DNA of 32,000 nucleotides from Candidatus Micrarchaeum sp. (GCF_016806735.1 NZ_CP060530.1:810001-842000); one strand, 5' to 3'. Counted from the stretch's first letter, positions 8,162-15,558 are shown. The notes: generated by a model not told the origin, from the letters alone. Made by a program: numbers and translations.

Positions 8162-9663
8162 ACCAACCTCGACAAGCCCGCAAGGGATGTGTCACCGCCC
8201 AGCAGGCCGGACACCCCGATTATTGCGGTCAAAACTATTATTATGTTTATTATTGGAAGGAAGTATGCACTTATCCCGAATACGCCGTAAGATCTTGCCA
8301 CCAGGTAGTTTGTATTCAGCGCCTGGGATCTGTTGCAGGCATACGTTATCCCGAGTGTGCCGGTTGGCGGAGTCGGGTTATGGTTTGCAAACGCTATTAT
8401 GGAACTGAATATAACTCCGCCGTTGGCATACGGTATCAAGAGATCCTGCGTATCTGCCTGTTCCGTCTCAAAAAGGTTCCCGTTGTGCGGCCAGCAGCCG
8501 CCATATATTGCTATTGCGCTTATGTTAGGCATTATGTAGAAATTCGTCACATACGGCTCCCCGGTGCTGTTTGGAATGAAGTACGTGCTGTTCGTGAATA
8601 TATTTCCGAACCCGTAATAGCTGCCTATGTCGTTTGCAGAATATGAACCTGGAGTTATGGCGCCTGAAGAGCCAGATGGAGGCACATATCCCAGGGATGG
8701 GCCAAGCCCGTGAGCCAGCGAAAGGTATTCTATTGAAAATATCAGAGGGAAGAATATCACGCCTGCCACAGCTATAGCAAGCAGGAGCCCGCCTATTTTT
8801 CTTGTGAACGGAGTCGCCCTTAGTATTATCCCAACGAACAGGAAGTAAGGCCATGCGTATAGGAATATTGACAGAAGCGTCAGCTGGGCTATGAAGGATT
8901 CCAGAGCTGCGGTCAGAAGGTCTCCAAGCGCTGCCAATGATTTATATATCAACGAGTATCCTGCGAACGGAGTAATTGAATAGTGTATCAGCAGCTCCGG
9001 TGGATCCGGGAGCGGAAGCACGCATTCCGGTATTATTGGAATAGGGGGATCTCCCGGCGATATGCATATGTTTAGCGAGGGCGATAGCTTTTCCAGGAAG
9101 CCGACATAGGAATCGAATATGAAGAACGAATTCAGGTTTGTCGCCGTCTGGTTTGTAACGTTGGCTATTATGACACCCGTAGCCGCAAGCGGATAGTCAA
9201 CCTTCTCGGTAAACGTCTGCTTGTTGTTTTGCTTTACCAGGGCGCACAGGCCTGGGAAGCCGCTGGCACTCGAAGAATAAAGCAGCGAGGAACCAGTAGG
9301 GGACAGCGATGAATTCAGAAGCGTAAGCATTGACGTGGAGTTTATGCCCTTGCACATGTTGAATATTGCCGATGGAGACATCAGCGATGTGGATGAAGTG
9401 GCTGAATAGAAGGTGTTTGCGAAGATTACCAATATTCCGGCGAGCACTGCCACCAGCAGCGCGGTGCCGAAAACCTGGTAGAATTCGCCCATTGCAGTGG
9501 ATTTTATCTTGTTGTTGTTAAGAACAGCTCCTGCGAAATACCACAGCGCAACTATGGCAGCGTCTATGAATATCGCTATTGCTATTATTGGAAACATCTC
9601 CGTTGATATGGAGCTGTAGCTGGTGATTTGAAGCAGCGGAAACAGAAGCGACAAATCCATCAT
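8158..9663 (-). CDS. polytopic membrane protein, paralog 3 of 6 (RxxPxTRxxGG family), with enlarged extracytoplasmic loops
   Basis: 501 aa with an ATGA overlap with the upstream gene. Family motifs: GEFYQV, ILRATPFTRKIGGLLLAIAVAGVIFFPLI. It carries several N-X-S/T sequons and paired Cys in its loops. Confidence 0.8.
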   Translation of the reverse strand: MMDLSLLFPLLQITSYSSISTEMFPIIAIAIFIDAAIVALWYFAGAVLNNNKIKSTAMGEFYQVFGTALLVAVLAGILVIFANTFYSATSSTSLMSPSAIFNMCKGINSTSMLTLLNSSLSPTGSSLLYSSSASGFPGLCALVKQNNKQTFTEKVDYPLAATGVIIANVTNQTATNLNSFFIFDSYVGFLEKLSPSLNICISPGDPPIPIIPECVLPLPDPPELLIHYSITPFAGYSLIYKSLAALGDLLTAALESFIAQLTLLSIFLYAWPYFLFVGIILRATPFTRKIGGLLLAIAVAGVIFFPLIFSIEYLSLAHGLGPSLGYVPPSGSSGAITPGSYSANDIGSYYGFGNIFTNSTYFIPNSTGEPYVTNFYIMPNISAIAIYGGCWPHNGNLFETEQADTQDLLIPYANGGVIFSSIIAFANHNPTPPTGTLGITYACNRSQALNTNYLVARSYGVFGISAYFLPIINIIIVLTAIIGVSGLLGGDTSLAGLSRLV

Positions 9664-10862
9664 AAGCTCTCCCAGAACGATGCAGGCCCTTCTATGCCGA
9701 CGTTGAGCCCTCTTGCAAGCCCCATCGCAAAGCCGATGGTGACTGCAAGGTTAAGTCCGAAAAGGAACACTGCAACGAATATGAACTGCGACATCTGCTG
9801 CGTTATGTATGCCGCAGCAGGCTCTGGATCTATTGTAAGCGAAGAATAGAACGAAGATGAAAGTACGTTATTGACCGCCGGTGTGGATATGCCGAGCGCA
9901 CCGGTTATGCCGCCCAAAGCGTTGCTGCTGCTGCTTGTCACGCTTGTGCTGAGGAAGGACGAAGATGGAAGACTGGGCAGGGTATATGCGGTGCTCAGGC
10001 AGTTGGTGCAGCCATATGCCGGATTCAGCGCCGGGCTGTATATCCAGTAGACGATATAGCTGTCAAAGGCTATCATCAGCGGGTATATTATATACGCTGC
10101 GATTGCTATGGCAAGTATTGCGTTTGATGCGGATTTTAGACCGTTGCCGCCATAGGGTATCAGCCTTATCAGTATGGCAACCGGCAGTATTACGGTAAAC
10201 GCAGTATATTCCAGAAGGGGCAGCGCCAGGTATTGCAGATAAAGCATGCCTATGGTTATCACCAATATTGGCGACAGGGCATCGAAATAGACGTCTGAAA
10301 GCGCACCGTAGAGGGAGCCGAGGTCATGCTCGTAGGTGATGCCGAACGACAGTGCAGAGTCCCCGCCGGTACTGAAACCCAAATCCTGGGAAAGCGCAGT
10401 TATGACCCTAGCTTCTATGGCATAGCCTATGGATGTTGAGTATATGTATCCCAGCAGGTTTATTCCGTGGTTGAGAGCCAGCGTTCCTATGTAGTAATCG
10501 GCATACTGGAACGGGCTGAGCCCATTGGCATTGGAAACTCCGGCGCTGGCAAGCACTTGTGAGCCGAGGCTACTCGATAGGTTGCATGCGGCCGTGGTCA
10601 TGGAAAGCAGTATGAGTATTATGAATACGCCGATGAATATCTGCGTAATCTCCGACTTTGTCACCTCCCTGAGCCTGCTGCTTACCGATGGCGGCGTAAG
10701 CCTGCTGACCATGTACAGTATGGCCACTATCAGGAAACCGAGTGCTACAACCAGATATGTGAGTGGCAGCCAGCCGCTTATATACGGAGAGGCAGGGCCC
10801 CCGAAGAGCTGGCAGTAGTTTATTGCCGTTGTTGTAGCAGCTAAAATGAACATTATACTCAC
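9660..10862 (-). CDS. polytopic membrane protein, paralog 2 of 6 (the most divergent member)
   Basis: 400 aa. Start is GTG at 10860-10862 (GTGA overlap) or ATG at 10851-10853. Motifs are degenerate: SEITQI, LIRLIPYGGNGLKSASNAILAIAIAAYIIYPLM. The C-terminal tail GLARGLNVGIEG resembles the other paralogs. Confidence 0.75.
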   Translation of the reverse strand: MSIMFILAATTTAINYCQLFGGPASPYISGWLPLTYLVVALGFLIVAILYMVSRLTPPSVSSRLREVTKSEITQIFIGVFIILILLSMTTAACNLSSSLGSQVLASAGVSNANGLSPFQYADYYIGTLALNHGINLLGYIYSTSIGYAIEARVITALSQDLGFSTGGDSALSFGITYEHDLGSLYGALSDVYFDALSPILVITIGMLYLQYLALPLLEYTAFTVILPVAILIRLIPYGGNGLKSASNAILAIAIAAYIIYPLMIAFDSYIVYWIYSPALNPAYGCTNCLSTAYTLPSLPSSSFLSTSVTSSSSNALGGITGALGISTPAVNNVLSSSFYSSLTIDPEPAAAYITQQMSQFIFVAVFLFGLNLAVTIGFAMGLARGLNVGIEGPASFWESL

Positions 10863-12163
10863 GCTATCTTGAATTTGCCTACGCCCAGGCTTAGCTTTCC
10901 GCCGAGCATCTGGGCAAGGGCTCCCGCAATCACTATCGTTATGACTATGTCAAATATGAAAAGTATCAATTGCAGCAACACTCCGTACGTATAGAAGTTT
11001 ATGAAGTTTATTGAAGGATATATTGAACCGCCGTCATTATTAAACAATGTTGCCAGGGCCGAATCCTGCCCGTTGTTGAATACAGCAGTGTAGATAGAGC
11101 TATATGTTTGCCCACTTGTTATTTGCTCACTTATCAGGTAACCGGAAGAGAGGCTGAAAGCCAAACTTGCCGGGCCGCAGGCTATGTCCTCAAAAAAGTT
11201 GAAAGTTATGTAATTGCATGATTGCGCCGGTGCATAGCTGGCGCTCTGGCTGAATATAAGAGGCAATATGAAGTTCTGTATGGGAAGGTTGAACATTATT
11301 AATAGGGCAGGGAAGATGAGCGCTATTGCTATGCCTATGGCTATGAATGAGCCGCCCAAGCCCCTGAGGAATGGAAATGCCCTGAACACTATGCCTATGG
11401 GTATGAACAGTGTCAATCCGGCAATCACTATTGAATAAAGATCCACGCTAAGGACGCTGAAGACTATGTATACTGGAACCAGCACTATGGTTATTATGTC
11501 CTTTATGAACGAGAACCCTGGAAGCGCGGTGTCAGACTCTATTACGGAACTTGCAAGCAGAGCCGCATTGGATGAACCAAACTGGATTGCACCGACAAAA
11601 GGCAGAGGTATGGGTATCCATTCAGTTATTGACGCTTTTTTTAGGTCTCCGGTCCCTGTTGCTAATCCTTCCAGGCCGTAGTAGGATTCATTTACCATCA
11701 GCATATCCGGATTCACGTAGCTGGCCAAGACTGATGAGTAAAGCGCGTTTAGATTTTCTCCAACCGCACTGGTTATTCCGGATTGCGACCCTGGTATGTA
11801 GGAAACAGGTATGCTGCTTCCCGTAAGGCCCAGGGCCAAGCCCCCAAGTATTATCAGGACTGCAAAAATCAGCACTATCAATATTATCGTTTTTGTTGTT
11901 TCCCATAGCTCGCCTTTGTACCAGTTCTTAAGCGATGGAAGGTTGAAAACATTGCCAAACATGAACGCCACGGCAACCATGGCGAATGAGACAAGAAGGC
12001 CGATTACGGCAAGAGGTATTGCGCTTTCTATGCAGACACCAGCTTGCGTTATTGGCACGCTCTGACCCGTAAGCGCGCACGTTATGTCTGTGCTAGATGC
12101 GTTGGAATAGCCAATCAATGAGACAACGGCTATTGCTAACAGCAAAAGTGCAGCGCTTCGCAT
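10859..12163 (-). CDS. polytopic membrane protein, paralog 1 of 6 (RxxPxTRxxGG family)
   Basis: 434 aa with ATG at 12161-12163. Signal peptide MRSAALLLLAIAVVSLIGYSNASS. Family motifs: GELWET, VFRAFPFLRGLGGSFIAIGIAIALIFPALL. Tail: QMLGGKLSLGVGKF. Confidence 0.8.
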   Translation of the reverse strand: MRSAALLLLAIAVVSLIGYSNASSTDITCALTGQSVPITQAGVCIESAIPLAVIGLLVSFAMVAVAFMFGNVFNLPSLKNWYKGELWETTKTIILIVLIFAVLIILGGLALGLTGSSIPVSYIPGSQSGITSAVGENLNALYSSVLASYVNPDMLMVNESYYGLEGLATGTGDLKKASITEWIPIPLPFVGAIQFGSSNAALLASSVIESDTALPGFSFIKDIITIVLVPVYIVFSVLSVDLYSIVIAGLTLFIPIGIVFRAFPFLRGLGGSFIAIGIAIALIFPALLIMFNLPIQNFILPLIFSQSASYAPAQSCNYITFNFFEDIACGPASLAFSLSSGYLISEQITSGQTYSSIYTAVFNNGQDSALATLFNNDGGSIYPSINFINFYTYGVLLQLILFIFDIVITIVIAGALAQMLGGKLSLGVGKFKIA

Positions 12164-12206
12164 AATATTATTTTCAAGGATAAGTATTTAGTTGTGTGAC
12201 AGTCGT

Positions 12207-12216
12207 GCACATGTGC
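12207..12216. promoter_or_regulatory. perfect 10-bp palindrome GCACATGTGC upstream of the six-paralog operon (possible operator)
   Basis: Read directly from the sequence. It sits in the 104-nt gap between the 244-aa gene and paralog 1. On the coding strand it lies about 17 nt upstream of a TATA-like TAAATACTTA (12181-12190), which is itself about 18 nt from the ATG at 12163. Confidence 0.3.
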
Positions 12217-12267
12217 CGTTGTCCTTGGTGCCAATAGCTTGAAAAGGGGCAATTATGCATGGGCTTT

Positions 12268-13002
12268 TTAGGTATGGCTAAGTATCTTGAATCTCCTTAT
12301 GTAGGATTCGCTTTGCAGCACTATCAGGAATGGAAGCACTATGAAGGAATCTATGACAAGCGATGCGTACATAGAGACGTACGAGCCTGAGCCTATTATG
12401 GGTATTAAGTCAACAACGCTAAGAAGCACGAAAGATGCAAGTACCCACAGCAGGAAATACTTGAAGTGGTTTTTCATGAAGCCGAGGCTGTGCCCAATGG
12501 CCCTCATTGTCCTGGTGTCGTCTATCACTATGGACGTAGGGGCATAGAACAGGAATGGTATGAGAACGATCGCAGTGATGAGCGTGGCTATGCCAGAATA
12601 CCCGGTATAATACGTAAGGAAGCTTACTAGCACCAGAAGCGCGGTAAAGAGAAGAAGCACCACGAAAACATTGGCAGTGTATTTCTCCAATCCGTCTATT
12701 ACCTCTTTCCTGATCCTGGTCGCAGTATGGCTGTGCTTTACTATGACATTTATTGCGACTATGGCAAAGCTAAGGAATAGAAGCGAAAACATCGTAGAGG
12801 CCACTATTATTATCGCGTCTATGAAATTCAGGTTCAGGTATATGCTTCCGGTCCGAATGAATATTGAGCCGAGGTCGTTGTACGTAGGAAATGGAGCGAA
12901 CACCGGTATCAGAAGGGCGATTACGAACGCTATCGAGAAAAGCAGTATCAGCTTCAAATTTTTTTTGTAGGTGCTGAATGAGACCTCAATTATGTTAGCC
13001 AT
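12268..13002 (-). CDS. polytopic (about 6 TM) membrane protein, function unknown
   Basis: 244 aa with ATG at 13000-13002. It is almost entirely hydrophobic helices separated by short basic loops (KHSHTATRIRKE, KNHFKY). It lies between the pilin-like gene and the paralog array. Confidence 0.7.
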   Translation of the reverse strand: MANIIEVSFSTYKKNLKLILLFSIAFVIALLIPVFAPFPTYNDLGSIFIRTGSIYLNLNFIDAIIIVASTMFSLLFLSFAIVAINVIVKHSHTATRIRKEVIDGLEKYTANVFVVLLLFTALLVLVSFLTYYTGYSGIATLITAIVLIPFLFYAPTSIVIDDTRTMRAIGHSLGFMKNHFKYFLLWVLASFVLLSVVDLIPIIGSGSYVSMYASLVIDSFIVLPFLIVLQSESYIRRFKILSHT

Positions 13003-13112
13003 CGGTTTACCACGTTTATGATTGCAAATGACCGCAAGTTCAGATTATTAGAAGTTTAACACAATAAATAGATTTCGGTATGCGCAGGAATTGCGCATGC
13101 TAAGCGTCCCTG

Positions 13113-13180
13113 GAAAACGAAATCAAAAAAGAGGTAAAAAAGAAAGAAATAGAAAGCATGCCGAAGCCGCTTTTGGCTTC
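13113..13180 (-). terminator. hairpin plus long T-rich tract directly after the VirB2-like gene
   Basis: The minus strand reads TGA-AGCC AAAAGC GGCTTC, a 6-bp stem (13175-13180 / 13163-13168) that overlaps the stop codon. It is followed by GGCATGCTTTCTATTTCTTTCTTTTTTACCTCTTTTTTGATTTCGTTTTCC. Oligo-T tracts are the known archaeal termination signal. Confidence 0.6.
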
Positions 13181-13565
13181 AGCAATAAGAGGATATGGTC
13201 GAGGATGACGTGCTCGTTAGCAGCCCCAGTATGTATGGTGCAAGCTCGGCTATTATCACGCCTATAACCCCGCCTATTATCATGCTCATTCCATATCCCT
13301 GTATTGAACCCTTGCTCTGTGCGGGCATTATGTGCGCAGCCGCATATAGGGCTCCGCCCAGTATCATAAGGGTCAATCCGAGTATGAATATGCCTGTGTT
13401 TACGGCCACATATATGGGGCATATTACGCTGCTTATAGTTACTTGTATGCTAGATTGTGCCGAAGCAGTAGCTAGAGTAAGAAATGGGAGCAGCATAAGT
13501 ACAAGTTTGAACACGCGGGACTGTACTATCTTCATTAAACTTAATGTTTTTGTTTCTATAGGCAT
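13179..13565 (-). CDS. small secreted two-helix membrane protein; candidate VirB2/TrbC/CedA1-like conjugative-type pilin
   Basis: 128 aa. Start is ATG at 13563-13565, or the internal M at 13535. Sec-type signal MKIVQSRVFKLVLMLLPFLTLATASA|QSS. The mature part of about 92 aa is two hydrophobic helices (ICPIYVAVNTGIFILGLTLMILGGALYAAAHI and MSMIIGGVIGVIIAELAPYILGLL) joined by a short loop with one basic residue (PAQSKGSIQGYG), followed by a Ser/Thr tail. Confidence 0.65.
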   Translation of the reverse strand: MPIETKTLSLMKIVQSRVFKLVLMLLPFLTLATASAQSSIQVTISSVICPIYVAVNTGIFILGLTLMILGGALYAAAHIMPAQSKGSIQGYGMSMIIGGVIGVIIAELAPYILGLLTSTSSSTISSYC

Positions 13566-13851
13566 TTTGGCACCCGATCAGATATATTGACTTACTTTTA
13601 TATGATTGAATAATTTAAATAGTTTTCTATCATCTGATAATTGCTGCATTACCCAGTAGGGTTTATTTTGCATTGAGTGTGCCAACTAGAATCCGGATTG
13701 GCGTTATTATCGGTTTATGCTGCATATGCTAGCGCATAAGATGCTAACACATAAAGAATTAACATTTTAAATAGATACAAAAACCATGGTGCCTGGTTTT
13801 ATTGGCGCAATATGATTAACATGCACATTTTGCTCTTGATGCTGTGATTAC

Positions 13852-15558
13852 ATGTATGTTTTAGGCTTGTGGGATGGGCACGATGCAGGTGCTGCGCTGC
13901 TTGAGGATGGCAACATAGTCTATGCTGCGAACGAGGAGCGCTTCACCAAAAGAAAGCTGGAGATGAAGTTTCCATACAATTCAATAAGGGCAGCATTGGA
14001 CTATGCCCAGATAAAGCCCACGGATATAGAGAATATAACTTATACTACAACCGAATTCACAAAAACGCTTGAGCGCATATACCCCGGAATGAAAGAGAGA
14101 TACTACTTGTTCAGGCGCAGGAAGATCCCCAAACCGAGATTTGAGGGATTCATGCACAACTTAAAGTACAGCATGACAGGAGTCGGAATACTTCCCCTGT
14201 GCAATACCGTTAGCTCTTCAATAATATCCAGGCAGCTCAGGCACATGGGGTTCAAGAACTTCAAATTGAGGGTAGTGGAGCACCATACCGCGCATGCAGC
14301 CACAGCGGCGTTTACCTCCGGTTTCAAAAAATCCCTGGTAATAACGCTTGACGGGCTTGGCGACGGGCTTTCAGGCTCTGTAAGCACATTCGACAACGGC
14401 AAGCTCGAAAGGCACATATCGATACCTGCAAGGGACTCGCTCGGCATATTCTTCGAGCAGATAACGAACATAATAGGCATGAGGGAGCTTGAGGACGAGG
14501 GAAAGGTTATGGCAATGGCCGATTACTCATATCCGTTCGACTTCGACAGCAACAAGCTCAAGGACATGTTCAGGGTCGAGGGCACGATAATAAGCGCAAA
14601 GTACAATGCCAGAAAGCAGTTCGCCAAGCTGCAGAGCATAGGCTGGCAGATGCCAAGGGAGCAGTTCTCGTACATGGCCCAGCAGCTGCTTGAAAACATA
14701 GTTGTAAAGTTCGTTAGCAACGTTGTGGACAGATTCAGCATAGGCGACGTGGTGCTGGCCGGAGGGCTTTTCTCGAACATAAAGGCGAACATGAAGATAA
14801 GGAAGCTGGAGAATGTCAAGCACTGGTACGTTTTCCCGCACATGGGCGACGGAGGCATAGCGCTTGGCAGCGCGCTTTACACGGATTATGAGCTTAACGG
14901 CAGTACAAGCCATGATTTTTCCGCCTATTTGGGCAATGATTACGATGCTGAAACCACTATGCAGGCGCTCAAGAAGGACAGATCCCTTGAAACCGCAAAA
15001 GAGAGCCATGCGGAGCAGGCAAGGCACGCGGCCGAGCTGATAAGCAACGGCAACTACGTGTTCTGGTTCCAGGGCAGAATGGAATATGGACCAAGGGCCC
15101 TCGGAGACAGGAGCATACTGGCACCTCCGGATTCCGAAAGCGTTAAGGAAAAGCTCAACCTTTACGTGAAGAGGAGGGAATGGTTCCAGCCATTCGCCCC
15201 TTCAATGCTCGAAGAGGATCTGGCGCGCGTAGTCGATTATGACAACAAGGGATATGACAGGTACATGACCATGGCTTACAGCGTAAAGGATTCGGCCAGG
15301 GATGCAACAAAGTCTGTAGTCAATGTTGATTATTCGGCAAGGCCACAAGCCGTCGGGCAGGAGAATCCGAATTACAGGGAATTGCTCGACAACATGAGGA
15401 AGCTCACAGGCTACGGGCTTGTCCTGAACACGAGCTTCAACCTTCACGGCATGCCAATAGTAATGACCCCAGAGGATGCGATAGCGACAATGAAGGCCAC
15501 GAAGACCAAATACATGTTTATAAACGGGGTCACTGTAACGAATAAGAGGGGCGTTTGA
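13852..15558 (+). CDS. carbamoyltransferase, NodU/CmcH family
   Basis: 568 aa. The N-terminus MYVLGLWDGHDAGAALLEDGNIVYAANEERFTKRK, together with HHTAHAA, GDGG and the C-terminal NTSFNLHGMPIV, is typical of the NodU/CmcH (Kae1-like fold) carbamoyltransferases. Confidence 0.85.
   Translation: MYVLGLWDGHDAGAALLEDGNIVYAANEERFTKRKLEMKFPYNSIRAALDYAQIKPTDIENITYTTTEFTKTLERIYPGMKERYYLFRRRKIPKPRFEGFMHNLKYSMTGVGILPLCNTVSSSIISRQLRHMGFKNFKLRVVEHHTAHAATAAFTSGFKKSLVITLDGLGDGLSGSVSTFDNGKLERHISIPARDSLGIFFEQITNIIGMRELEDEGKVMAMADYSYPFDFDSNKLKDMFRVEGTIISAKYNARKQFAKLQSIGWQMPREQFSYMAQQLLENIVVKFVSNVVDRFSIGDVVLAGGLFSNIKANMKIRKLENVKHWYVFPHMGDGGIALGSALYTDYELNGSTSHDFSAYLGNDYDAETTMQALKKDRSLETAKESHAEQARHAAELISNGNYVFWFQGRMEYGPRALGDRSILAPPDSESVKEKLNLYVKRREWFQPFAPSMLEEDLARVVDYDNKGYDRYMTMAYSVKDSARDATKSVVNVDYSARPQAVGQENPNYRELLDNMRKLTGYGLVLNTSFNLHGMPIVMTPEDAIATMKATKTKYMFINGVTVTNKRGV

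Noticed and set aside
6112-8646. Long alternative ORFs inside the paralog array (6112..6642 +, 6526..7113 -, 7728..8060 +, 8107..8646 +)
   Set aside because: They overlap or cross the boundaries of the paralog genes, which have signal peptides, TM helices and conserved family motifs. The alternative products are Arg/Pro/Cys-rich and have no features.
1-13565. Interpretation of the cluster as an integrated conjugative plasmid or provirus
   Set aside because: No integrase, relaxase, VirD4/TraG, replication gene, tRNA target or flanking direct repeat is visible, and I saw no obvious compositional break by eye. The rejection is only tentative, because the left boundary lies outside the window and GC or k-mer skew was not computed.
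13717-13770. 17-codon micro-ORF (MLHMLAHKMLTHKELTF) in the long intergenic region
   Set aside because: There is no SD sequence or convincing promoter spacing, and it is too short to evaluate. It most likely reflects the local ATGC-type repeats.
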